Assembly (NCBI RefSeq): GCF_006345805.1
Contig: NC_043001.1
Location: forward strand, 2,604,001 to 2,668,000
Direction: 5' to 3'
Source: Octopus sinensis
Lineage: Eukaryota
Length of the DNA stretch: 64,000 bases
Shown in pieces: positions 11,927 to 23,965 of this stretch; position 1 is the first letter of the stretch, and each line of letters begins with the position of its first letter. Made by a program: the position numbers and the translations under genes. The notes under the pieces were generated by a model. The model saw only the letters and a list, made by a program, of their open reading frames with translations, was not told the origin of the DNA and ran no database searches.

Positions 11927-12720
11927 GGATTGTTAAGAAGTAGTATAGCATTATCTTTAATTCCTTTATATATATATATATAGATATAGATATAGACATA
12001 GACATAGATATATATATATATATAGCTTCAAACACACTTACACATGTTTCAGCTGCATCAATTAGTAACCACTGCAATCGTAACCCTCCTATAATACCAG
12101 TGCAGAATCCTAGAATATTCTTAAGTATTGAACCTGGAAAAGCAGAGAACAAGCAGCAATTAAACCTGGAAAAGTATAGGACGAGATGAAAAGAAAAGAA
12201 AATATTGCTGTTGTAGTCAGAATTTAAAAACTAAATTATTAATAAAAGTCTTTTGTATTTTATATTTTTACTTAAATATTTAAATTAAAATTCTCAAGAA
12301 GCTATTCATTTTCAATTTTAGTGAAAAGACTAATTGCCTGCAAGTTTACACATTAAAAATTTGATATTACAAATTCAAATATTTAAAAAAATCACATAAG
12401 AGCAATTTAAGCAAAACTGACATTTATAACCCTTAAGTTTTTTCTGAAAAGCTACAACCATTTCTAGATTTTGCACTCAAACTGTTCATTAGCTTTCATT
12501 TAAAAAAAAATATTTTTCAAACTGTAAATAGAAATTACTTTGTTATCAGAAAATGCAAACTTTAAAGAAATTAATTCTTTTATTTCTTAAAATGGTTTTT
12601 GATTTTGTTTTACTCTTTTGAATTACTTATATTCAAAATGAGCTGAATTTTAGAACACAATACCTGTGATTTAAAAGTTTGGGATAGTCTTGTGAAGAAA
12701 ATAAGATGCAAAAACGATAG

Positions 12721-13095
12721 GCACAGGAATGGCCAAGTGTGGTAAGCAGCTTGCTTCCCAACCACATGGTTCCGGGTTCAGTCCCACTGCGTGGCACCTT
12801 GGGTAAGTGTCTTCTACTATAGCCTTGGGCTGACCAAAGCCTTGTGAGGGGATTTGGTAGACGGAAACTAAAAGAAGCCCATCGTATATGTGTGTGTGTG
12901 TATGTTTGTGTGTCTGTGTTTGCCCCACCACCACCACCACCATTGCTTGACAACTGATGCTGGTGTGTTTACATCCCCATAACTTAGCAGTTTGGCAAAA
13001 GAGACCGATAGAATAAGTAATAGGTTTACAAAGAATAAGTCCTGGGGTCAATTTACTTGAGTAAAAGGCGGTGCTCCAGTCAAATGACTGACTAA
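12721..13095 (+). mobile_element. SINE family A, well preserved
   Basis: GTGTGGTAAGCAGCTTGCTTCCCAACCACATGGTTCCGGGTTCAGTCCC head, CORE-like CACCTTGGGTAAGTGTCTT, tail GGCGGTGCTCCAG. Confidence 0.9.
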
Positions 13096-13877
13096 AGGCA
13101 GAAATGTTTTAGTTTAATACAAAGAAATTTTAAAATCAAAAATATCAACATAAATTTTTTAAAAATTGCAATAAAAAACAAAAGAAATATAGAAAAACAG
13201 TTTTATTTTTATATTTCTTAGAACACACATAATTTTATGAAGAGTTTTAGGAATTTATTTTACAAATTCTAACTTCAGGTGCAATAGTTTAAGTTTTTTT
13301 ATTTCTTGTTCTGTACTTTGCTGGGCTTAATTGCTGCTTTTTCTGTACTTTTCCGTGTTCAATTTTTAAAAACAGTCTTGGAGAATTCGCTTACATTTTT
13401 CACCCTTGTTCACCTTTTTTCTAGGCAACGCTTCTATTATTATAATTAAATATATCAAACTGTATAATTGAAAAAATAATACTATTATAAATATTTTTTA
13501 AATACAGATTTTGTTCAAACTTAGAAATTTATTTTATCTGCTCCTAAAATTAACAAAGGATTGCATTCTAATTAAATAATTAATAATGAGTTATTTTAAT
13601 GAGTGAAATTTTAAATTTTAATGTTCTAAATATGCATGTGTTTTAATGCATAAACAAAATAATAAAAATAAAAGCAAAATCACAAAAATTTGTAGCTTCT
13701 TTTATGCTTAAAATTTTTAGGGATTTTGTTTCAAAATATTTGTCTCAATGAAATCTTTCATTTGAACCCAAATAATATTACTTTATTCTTAAAAGAGAAA
13801 TATTTTGATTCCTTATAATTATCACCTACTTTTCATCACTTAAACCACACATTTTTTGTGACTCAAGTAACAGTTGA

Positions 13878-14280
13878 ATGCCCTTCCTAATGCCAACCCT
13901 TTTACAAAATGCACTGGGTACTTTCCTTACAGCACCTGTATCAGCGAGGTCTGTTTTGGCATGGCTTTTATGGCTGGATGCTCTTTGTAATGCCAACCAC
14001 TTTACAGTGTGGACTGAGTGTTTTTAACAAGGTACCAGCACTGGTGAGGTCAGCTTTGGCAGTTTTTAGGGCAGGATTCCCTTCCAAATTCCAACCAATT
14101 TACAATAGGGACTGAATACTTTTTTACATGGCACCAGCACCAGTGAGGTCACCAAGTAACTTGCAAGACCAAAGTCTTTTGAGAGAGGATGGTTTTGTGC
14201 CCAGTGATGGGAGGTTAGGGCATGACAGGGGGACAGAAACAGGTGTCTTGTTGTAGAGGAGGGTTAGGGTTACCACAGCT
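13878..14280 (-). mobile_element. RTE-tail repeat with leader (C2), partly tandem
   Basis: Two ATGCCAACC core motifs plus the leader GACAGAAACAGGTGTCTTGTTGTAGAGGAG. Confidence 0.65.
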
Positions 14281-14300
14281 AGAGAGGGAGAGAGAAAAAG

Positions 14301-14331
<31 letters not shown>

Positions 14332-14455
14332 GAGAATGAGCCAGTGAAAATAGAAGAAAGCAAAAGTGAAAGAGAACAAGAGGGAGTGAGAAAGTAAAGG
14401 TGAGATAGATGGTGGAAAATGAGGTGATGCGCCAAGGGATACTCTCAAGGTACAT

Positions 14456-14625
14456 CACCATCATCATCGTTTAACGTCCATTCTCCATGCTAGCATGGGT
14501 TGGACGGTTCGACCAGGAAGCTGCACCAGGCATCTGATCTGGTAAGGTTTCTACAGCTGGATGCCCTTCCCAACGCCAACCACTCTGTGAGTGTAGTGGG
14601 TGCTTTTTACGTGCCACCGGCACAA
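14456..14625 (-). mobile_element. RTE 3' tail copy (family C), young
   Basis: (CAT)n CGTTTAACGTCC...GGATGCCCTTCCCAACGCCAACC...TTTTACGTGCCACCGGCAC. Confidence 0.9.
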
Positions 14626-15309
14626 AGTTGAGAATATAAATGGGATGGTAGTGCATGAGAAGGGAGTAGAGGGGGATAAGGAAGGGCAGTGAGGACAAGG
14701 TTGGGTTGCAAAAGAGGGGCAGGGGCGAGAATCAATGTGCATGAAGAAAAAGGAAAAAGGTGAGTAAGAGGAGAAGAGTTGTAGTTTGGTTTATTGGGGT
14801 AGAGTGAGTGAAAAATTCAATGCTATATGTGGGTGGAACACACAACACTTCCAAAACCCCCCTCACACACACACACTCACGTACATTCAATTCTGTTCAG
14901 TATAATCCAGCAACGTAACATTTATAATATTCAGTTGAGCATTTGTCAACAAAATTCAACAGCAACAATAGAAATTTTCAACACGAATTTCGCTGATAAT
15001 AGAAACTCAAACAATTTGACAATGAATTTCTTAATCCTTTATATTTTTTTTCTTCCTTCTTCCCAGATAATCATAACTTTCTCAATAAAAAGAACTTACT
15101 TAAACTGTTGCTTGCCAAAACTGATGTGTCACCATAATGCTTTCTCACTTTCTTACACTCACTCTACATATATAAATACATTTAAATATTGTTTGTCTAT
15201 TTTAGAATGGATGCGAGAGAGAGAGGATGGTGGGATAGAAGCGGGGGTGGGGTGGGGGTTGCGTTGTTCTTATGCAATATCAGTTCATTAGTTATTTATT
15301 TTGCTTGCA

Positions 15310-15452
15310 TCATCATCATCATCATCATCATCATTGTCATCATCAACATTGTCAATATCATTATCATCATCACTGTTATTGTTATCATTACTGCCATCTT
15401 TATCATTGTCATCCTCATCACCATCATCATTGCATCATTACAATCATTATTA

Positions 15453-15522
<70 letters not shown>

Positions 15523-15615
15523 CATCATTATTATTATTATTATTATTTTATTATTATTATTATTATCATCATTATTATTATTATTATCATCATTATTATT
15601 ATTATTATTATTGAT
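15310..15615. repeat. (ATC)n/(ATT)n microsatellite
   Basis: Directly visible. Confidence 0.95.
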
Positions 15616-16542
15616 GTTTGTCCTTGTCACCAAAATAAAGTTTCATTCTCTCTTCCTCACCATCGTTATCACAGTTATGTATCGTTTTAGAAAAAAAAAG
15701 AAAAAAAAAAGAAAAGAAAAGAAGAGAAAAGAAAAGGAACCGAGGCTCTGACAATGTCTCGCTAACACATTTATCAATTGTTATTCGTTCATCGATCTTC
15801 ATCTGGCTCTTACCCATCCATCCATCTCTGTTGGTCCATTTGCTCTCTTCATTTAGTTTGAAAACGTCCAGCTCCATAATATCTATTTGCTTACTATGCA
15901 TGTCTGCTACCAATCTAGCTTATATCTATCACATCGTTCTATCTTATTGCAATTTATTGATGAAGCAATATATTTGGGTGATGATGGGAAGGAGAAGAAA
16001 AAGGAAGAAGCTGAATTAGAAGGAAAGAGAGAAAGGTGACATTGAATGGCGTTGTTACAAGAAGACATTATTTAACATTTTTTTTTTTCAATTTTTAATT
16101 TTTTTTCCTGTCAATTTCCTTTTCGCAGCTTCAATTTCCTTCCACCAACAGAATATTTTTATCTCCATCACTAAAGCGATATTTCTTTCTCTATCTCTTT
16201 CTTCGTTTCTTTCTCTCTATTACTTATTCTCTTCCTTTTCTTTCTTTCGCTTTCACCTCTCTGCAAGACCAGTAACACGTTGGGGCCCTAAACTTGCACT
16301 TTTCTTCCTTTCATTATCTTCATCACCATTATACGTATATCTGTGTATGTGTGTGTGTGTGTGTGTGTGTTTTAAATCTCTCTCTATATATAATCACTAT
16401 TCAGATACATATATATGCATGTGTGTATTTGTATATTGTTATATACATATATACATACATACATATGTATATATACGTGTGTGTTTTTATTGTTTAGGGT
16501 AATATTGAATTCTTTTCTGAATAAAGCAATTGTTTTCGTCAC

Positions 16543-16602
<60 letters not shown>

Positions 16603-16617
16603 CATCATCATCATTAG

Positions 16618-16830
16618 AGAGGATGGTGAGCTGACAGAATTGTTTGCATGCTTGATGAAATACTTAGCAGTACTTTGCCCATCTTTACATTTTGAGTTCA
16701 AATTCTGCCTTGGTCGACTTTGCTTGTCATCCTTCTGGGGTCAAAAATAACTAACCAGTTGAACTCAGGGGCCGATGTAGTTCACTCATCTCCTCCCCCA
16801 AAATGGCTGCTCCTGTGGCAAAATTTGAAA
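16618..16830 (+). mobile_element. SINE family B between (ATT)n arrays
   Basis: GGTGAGCTGACAGAATTG...GAGTTCAAATTCTGCC...TGTGGCAAAATTTGAAAC. Confidence 0.85.
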
Positions 16831-16848
16831 CTGTTATTATTATTATCA

Positions 16849-16936
<88 letters not shown>

Positions 16937-16962
16937 GTTATCATCAACATCATCATCATCAT

Positions 16963-17342
16963 CATTACCTCTGCCTTAATGAAGGTTGAGGTATTGTTTT
17001 CAGTTGCATTTGTTTGTTTGTTTGTTTGTTTGACTGTGGACAAGATATCTCGAGAGCCACTGGATGGATTCGGATAAAACTTTCAGAGATGTTTGGCCTT
17101 GTGACTGGCAGGAACTGATTAGATTTTGGGATCGATCTAGTACCAAACAAGGATTCTGGATTTTTTTTCCAGTTTTCTTACTTAATTTTTGATAGTGGTG
17201 GGGTTCATTTTTAGTATTGTCAATTGTGAGGGCAGTTGAGTTTATTTCAGATATTCACATTTTAAAAATCATCTCCAGTTAATCGTTGAGAGGATGTTGG
17301 TGTTGCCTTGGCAGATATTTGCACTCACTGAGTGCTCTTGTT
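16963..17342 (+). mobile_element. Helentron-associated (HINE-like) non-autonomous element
   Basis: 5' subterminal TTACCTCTGCC, internal (GTTT)n, 3' complementary CCTTGGCAGATA, terminal hairpin GCACTC-ACT-GAGTGC (17321-17335) followed by TCTTGTT. This matches the established HINE architecture. Confidence 0.7.
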
Positions 17343-17352
17343 ATTATTATTA

Positions 17353-17412
<60 letters not shown>

Positions 17413-17449
17413 TATTATTATTATTACTATTATTATCATTATTAAGACA

Positions 17450-17660
17450 GTGAACTGGCAGAATCATTAGCATGATGGGTTAAGATACTTAGCAGCATTT
17501 CTTCTAGTCTTGTATTCCGAGTTCAAATTCTGCAGAGGTTAACTCTGCCTTTCATCCTCCCAGTTTCAATAAAATCAATACATGTCAAGTACTTGGGTCG
17601 ATTTAACTGACTGTCCCCTCCCCTCAAAACTGCTAATTTTGTGCCAAAATTTGAATGAAT
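17450..17660 (+). mobile_element. SINE family B
   Basis: GTGAACTGGCAGAATCATTAGC...GAGTTCAAATTCTGC...GTGCCAAAATTTGAA. Confidence 0.8.
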
Positions 17661-18139
17661 TTTATCCTCCTTGTTGTTGTTGTTGTTGTTGTACATTGAA
17701 GCAAGAAGATGTCTTTAAGAAAGAACAATTCAATTTTTAATACAATTATCTTTTGGAAAACAAAATGGTTTTCTGTTGTAGATTTACTAATGGAAGTCTT
17801 TCTGATTGTTTAAAATTTTATCCCATAACCTAGGCTACAAAAATGGCTTGTTTTTAAGCCTTTTCAACTATTTATTTATTTTTCATCAAATAACCATTTG
17901 CTGTGTTTAGTTTCATTACCAGAGGGCCACCTCAGAACCAGCTGAAAACAGTGCTCATCACTTTTATAAGGAGAGCAATGACCTCGATGTTATAAACACA
18001 CACACACAACCCCTAAACTTAGTTTTAGAAAAAGAATAGAATTCACAAACAAGAAAAAGCAACCAATGGAAACTCTAAGCATGCAGACACAAACTGAAGC
18101 TGAAAGTACTAGCACCATGCCTGTATTAGTATCATGTCC

Positions 18140-18335
18140 GTGCTGGTGTCAGGCCCATGCTGGGCATCCCATAAACAGCACTTGTTTTGGTACCATGTGA
18201 AAAGCTTTAATGGTGGATCCACATGAAAAGCACCCAGTGCCACTCTGTAAAGTGGTTGACATTAGGAAGGGCATCCAGCTGTGGAAAGCATGCCCAATCA
18301 TATAATTGGAAACTGGGGCAGCCCTCCAGGTGATG
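18140..18335 (+). mobile_element. RTE tail copy running into a long (GAT)n array
   Basis: AAAGCACCCAGTGCCACTCTGTAAAGTGGTTGACATTAGGAAGGGCATCCAGC. Confidence 0.75.
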
Positions 18336-19000
18336 ATGATGACAATAACAATGACGATGATGGTAATGATGATGATGATGAGGATGAAGATGATGATGAG
18401 GATGATGATGATGAAGATGATGATAACAATGACGATGATACTGATGATGATGATGATAATGATGATGATGACAATAACAATGAAGATGATGGTAATGATG
18501 ATGATGATGATGACGATGATGATGATAATGATGATGATGACAATAACAATGAAGATGATGGTAATGATGATGATGACAATAACAATGAAGATGATGGTAA
18601 TGATGATGATGATGACGATGATGATGATGATATGATGATGATGACAATAACAATGAAGTTGATGATAATGATGATGATGATGAGGATGAAGATGATGATA
18701 ACAATGAAGATGATACTGATGATGATGATGATAATGATGATGATGACAATAACAATGAAGATGATGGTAATGATGATGATGATGACGATGATGATGATAC
18801 TGATGATGATGACGAAGATGGGATTCATGGTGTTGATGTTAATGCAGATGATGATGATGATGAAAAAGAGGAGGAGGGGGAGGGGGAAATGGATGTTGAG
18901 GATGACAATGATGATCATGGCAGTGATGATGATGGTGATGTTCATGGTGACACTTCCGCTGCTGATGATGATAGGGATGATATTAGTGGTGCTGTTGATT
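18330..19000. repeat. (GAT)n array with a higher-order GACAATAACAATGAAGATGATGGTAAT unit
   Basis: The unit recurs at about 18341, 18470, 18540, 18575, 18645 and 18745. Confidence 0.9.
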
Positions 19001-19445
19001 GCGGTGGTAATTGGCCATTCCAAGAGTCTGAGACAGCATTAACAAGAATGAAGAAAATAGGAAAATGGACTAACATATTATTTCAAGAACGATTTTGTCT
19101 TTTGCCATGCTTTATGGAAATCAGGTTCTTTGGTATTACAGAAAAGTCCAGCTGCCTTTAACATGGTGCACATTGGACTTTAATGTAGCAAAAGCACATT
19201 GCCACATGTTGTCATGGGGCTCAATGGAGTCTATTTGTTTGCTCCAAAGCCAATAATATTGACAGGAAGGAAATGGAACAAGGTAAAAGTTGTTGAAGTA
19301 GCAGAGCCTTTCTTGAAAATGGAAAAGTGATGGGTGCAGCACCGGACACATGAGTTTGATAATATTAGGAAATGGAACAATTGGATAAGACACAAAAATA
19401 ACAGAAACAGGCAAGATTTTGTGACAAAAGAAATAAGTTGCATTA

Positions 19446-19548
19446 ATTGGAGCCTGGTGCAGCCGCTGGCTCTTCAGACATCAGTCAAACCGTCCAACCC
19501 ATGCCAGCATTGAAAACGGACGTTAAACGATGATGATGATGATGATGA
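19446..19548 (+). mobile_element. Severely truncated RTE tail flanked by roughly 94-bp direct repeats
   Basis: TGGAGCCTGGTGCAGCC...GGACGTTAAAC(GAT)n. The flanks 19353-19446 and 19552-19646 are about 85% identical. Confidence 0.85.
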
Positions 19549-19819
19549 ATCAGTTTGATATTATTAGATATGGAGCAACTGGATAAACCATAAAAATAAC
19601 AAAAAACAGGCAAGATTTTGCGACGAAAGAAATAAGATGTATTGAACCACAGAAGAAAATTGTTTAGAAGTCAATACATTTGGGCAGCATAAGAAAAAAC
19701 TGAGCCAGAGAATCTGTCCTTTTATTTGCTTCTGGAAATGAAGCCAGCCAAGTTGTGATACTTTCTGTGTATGGTGTAAGGTGTGCTCTTATCCTTGGCC
19801 AATGTTAGCTAGAATCAGG

Positions 19820-19985
19820 GTGGTGAGCTGGAAGAATCATTATTGTTCTACGTTCAAATGTTGCCAGGGTCACCTTTGCCTTTCATCATATCGAGATTGA
19901 TAACATAAGTACCAGATGAGCCCTGGGTTCGATGCTATTGACATATTACTTTCCTTGAAATTGCTGGCCTTATGCCAAAATTTAA
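19820..19985 (+). mobile_element. SINE family B, internally deleted
   Basis: GGTGAGCTGGAAGAATCATT...CACCTTTGCCTTTCATC...GGGTTCGATGCTATTGAC. Confidence 0.7.
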
Positions 19986-20399
19986 AATCAATATTAGATA
20001 ATAGTGTGATTGTCACCAGGGAAGGGATTATGTATTGGTGCAACACATTCAGATATCCTACAGATAATCCAGTCTTGCTTATCATTGCTGATGCATTAAA
20101 CAAGAACGCATTTGAATAGATAAATGGTGAGTTGAGATCAAGGTAAACACTGTAGTTTAATGAGGAAAATGAGCAAAAAAAAAAATGATAGTGCAAGAAG
20201 ATAAAGAAAGGACATCTGGAATTGAGGCATCAGAATGGTATTATTGACAGGAAGATGCAGATGGAACTGAAGAAAGTTCTGATGGTTCTTGAATGAAACA
20301 ATGATCAGACCTAGCCTTATGGCATGGTCAGACATGCAAGGAAGAGTTTTGAGTGTTCAGCTGATATTTCCTTGAGAAAAGAATAAAAGAAAATAAAAG

Positions 20400-21010
20400 T
20401 GAACTGGTTAAAGCAAAACCTTGAAATAAGAAAGAGGAACCTTAAGATCGGTTTAATGGTACATTCACTAAGCTTCGGATGGAGCTTAAGATAACTTGTG
20501 GTGTGAGCAAAAGATCAAAGAGTAAATTTATGGACACATTTCACCCATCTTTATTATTGTTACTCAATGCAGGGTAACCATTGCTGGCTGCTGCTCTTGC
20601 GCTAAACATCTGACATAAACAGTTGTTCTATTTTAGAAATATCCACATCCCAGCAAGGAATGAAGGCCACTAAACAACATTGATATTGTTGGCAGAAACA
20701 CGCAAGAGAAATCTGAGCATCAACCAAAGTTAATATGGGAAAAAGATTTCTGGTATAGCTTGGTGAAATGAATCTTGGTTGGAAAAGTATGGAAGCAGGA
20801 GAAAGTGGAGGAAGGGACACATAAAATCAGGTGAGACATAGGGAGAGCAATTCTCAATGTTTCCTGTAGATGTGGATGTTGTGGGCTTGTAGCCAAATCT
20901 ACAAAGTCCTGCTTGGCTCACATTTGGCTTAGGAAGTGTAGCAGAACAGCAAAAAACCAAAATATTCTTCATTCTGGCTGCCGTAGCGACAGAAGTGATG
21001 GAAAGACTAA
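20400..21010 (+). pseudogene. Very decayed RTE-like LINE fragments (RT GVKQG-like motif and C-terminal Cys/His motif)
   Basis: RFNGTFTK..KITCGVSK (resembles GVKQG), KQLFY, WEKD..W, and CGCCGLVAKSTKSCLAHIWLRKC, across different frames with stops. Confidence 0.35.
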
Positions 21011-21789
21011 AGCAAAGAACAAAGAAGAAATTCTTAGCGAAAAAAACACGACTTGTAATGGTTGGAGTGGTTACAGCTGACCCCCCAGCTTGATGTGGTG
21101 GCCACATGGATAACAGAGAAGAAGAAATGTGTGAGGGTGGGGGGGAACAGAGTTTGGACCTTGCTTAGTTACATTTCTACTGCTTAGTAGTAGCACTGAG
21201 GTGAGTGATACTGGCAGGAGGTGGTGAATATTTTGTGATCTCTTGCAGACAGTTGATGAAAAAATGTGTTCCAGAGTGCAAGCGCCATCGAAAATATAAT
21301 AGATTCAAAGAATTTTGTATTTGGAAGTATTTTTATTTTTTAGTGTCTAAGGTGAACTGATCAAATATATCATCATGTTTGGAACTGGTCAAAATATAGT
21401 TTTTGTTTTGAATAACAACAAAAATGTATTTTCCATTGTTTGAAGAATCAGTCTTGCTACATGTTATTGTCTTTTGTTTCTTTTTTTTTGTTTTTGATAT
21501 TTATTTTTCTGTTTGTTTTGTTCATATTTCTACAATTACTGGAACTATAAAATTTGCCAAATTATTCAACAGACACACAGACTTTCAATGTTTCTATGAT
21601 TGTCTTGATTGTTCTTTTATTAGAAATTTTACTGAAAATTAATAATTAAATTCTACTTAATTGTCAGCACTGGTCATTTTTATTTACAAAAGAAAAAAAG
21701 TAACATTGAAAATATGAAAAAAAATATAAAACAGAAAATTAAATACTTTTAAAATGTTTATCTTTATCATGTAATCCTAAGGAAACAGC

Positions 21790-21797
21790 ATACATAC

Positions 21798-21828
<31 letters not shown>

Positions 21829-21886
21829 ATATATATATATATGTCTATATAAAGAGAGAGATAATTAGATATACAAGTACATATAT

Positions 21887-21917
<31 letters not shown>

Positions 21918-22095
21918 CACACATATATAGGTGTATATGTATATATATATATATACATATATATGTATATATATATCTATGTATGTATGTATGTATGTAT
22001 GTATGTATGTATGTATATGTATATGCATGTATATATGTGTGTGCCTGTGTGTATATGGGTGTATGGTGTATACATTCATGCATACATTTATGCAC
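21790..22095. repeat. (TA)n/(TATG)n microsatellite
   Basis: Directly visible. Confidence 0.95.
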
Positions 22096-23159
22096 ATATG
22101 CAAGAATAAAATCGAAGCTGCAAAAAAGTGTCACCTCACTGCAAAAAAGGGGAAGAGAGAAGGTTAGTGAACTTTGACTCCTTTTATTCTCATTAACAAC
22201 AAGACTAAACCAATCTCACGACAATATTTGCTTTGCATTTCTTCATCTTTTGTTTTGTTGTTATTATCTTTTAAATGTTTGTTATTTTACATGTATTTTT
22301 CTATACTTTTTTTAGAAGTTTTTTTTACTAGGGATCCTCCCCTCCTCCATTAGTAATTTTACTTGTAATACAAGAAAAAGAGAGAAAAAATGACAAGTGG
22401 TAAATAAATAAATAATTATAAAACTAGAAAAAACATACTTGGCCTTCCATTATAACAATGAAAGTGGTGAGAATTTAACTGTGTGTGAAAAAAAAATATA
22501 TATAGAAAAAAAACAGAGAAAATATAAGAAGAAGACATAAAAACAAAGCAAGCAAGAAGGCATTGTAGTATTAAATGCAACATTAATGATACCATAGCAG
22601 CTGAATAATTATATGATAGAGTCAAGTTATGACAACTTTGATCAGTGAGTCATTTATTTAAAAGGAAAAAAATGGAAAAAAGAAAAAGAAAGAAGAGAGA
22701 AAGAGAAAGAGAAAAAATAGAAGAAAAGGAACAATACAAACAACAAAAACAAATATATATGAATTACAAATAACAGAGCAATTATTATACTTGACTGAAA
22801 AATGTAACCCACAATATATATACACATACACACACCCGACAACACCCAAAATATATATGTATGTATGTATGTATGTACATGTGTTGTATGTATATGTGCG
22901 TGAGTCTGAAAAATTATGCAAGCAAATATACATATATGTGGGTGGGTGTGTGCGTGTGTATGTGAGAGAGAGAAGGTATATATATATATATATATATGTG
23001 TATATATGTATGTATATGAAATAAATAGAAAAAGTAAATAAATGGCTTTGGAAGAAACCAAGAACACAGTCAAGTAACAAACTAAATCTACAAAAGTTGT
23101 CAGCTGGGTAAATAAACTTTCCAAATGGTGATGCTCTAAAATGATGCAGAGTTTGACAT

Positions 23160-23480
23160 TACATCATCATCATCATCATCATCATTATCATCGTCGTCGT
23201 CGTTTAACGTCTATTTTCCATGCTGGCATGGGTTGGATGGTTTGACTGAGTGTTGGTGAACCAGAAGGCTGCACCAGGCTCCAGTCTGATCTGGCAAAGT
23301 TTCTACAGTTGGATGCCCTTCCTAATGCCAACCACCCCGAGAGTGTAGTGGATGCTTTCTATGTGCCGCTGGCATAAGGGCCAGTCAGGAATTTCTGGCA
23401 ACGCCCAAGCTCAAAAGGTGTATTTTACATGCCACCTGTATGGGAGCCAGTCCAGCAGCACTGGCAACGGCCACACTCAA
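23160..23480 (-). mobile_element. RTE 3' UTR copy (family C)
   Basis: (CAT)n CGTTTAACGTC...GGATGCCCTTCCTAATGCCAACC...subrepeats. Confidence 0.9.
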
Positions 23481-23589
23481 CAATTTTTAAATATCATAAA
23501 AGTAGAAAGAGAGTCGTTGTAGTTGTTGTGCAACTACTAGGCCTGGCAGTCCGAGGTTCAAACCCTCGTTATAACTAATAAATTGCAAA

Positions 23590-23965
23590 GCATTTGTGCA
23601 CCATGGAATCCAAGCCAGATGGCATTTACACCTGAATGCTACCAACAGTCTTAAACATATCTTGAAGAATTCATCCCATCAAGAAACAGCTGTAGGGAGA
23701 TCTTCTGCATGTTTCTACCATTATGAAGGTAAGGCCCCCTGCACTTTGTGGGACATTGTGCGCAAGCTAAACAAGAGCTGGTAAGTGACCTATTGCTATG
23801 GATGCGAAAGCATGGCCATACTCAAGGAGGTCATCCATACACAAAGCATATAGAACAACTGACCGGAGACACTGGATGCCACCCTGAAGACCTCCCTCAA
23901 CTAATGCCAGAGCAAGATAAATGGTGTGTGTGTGTGTGTGAAAGCTAAAAACGTCTGAGAAAGCT
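23590..23965 (+). pseudogene. RTEX/RTE-type LINE ORF2 C-terminal fragment
   Basis: MESKPDGIYT*ML.TVLNIS*RIHP...HFVGHCAQAKQELVSDLLLWMRKHGHTQGGHPYTKHIEQLTGDTGCHPEDLPQLMPEQDKW, matching the GHC..LW.P.HG..GRP...YID.L..DTG motif. Confidence 0.8.

Noticed and set aside
14261-14272. GGGTTAGGGTTA telomere-like motif
   Set aside because: Only two units, inside a repeat leader.
15608-15913. 101-aa minus-strand ORF with an internal GTAAGA donor
   Set aside because: No polypyrimidine acceptor, no recognisable homology, and it ends in a low-complexity tract.
22100-22170. [20 protein letters not shown] followed by a GTTAGT donor
   Set aside because: No credible acceptor; upstream sequence is microsatellite.
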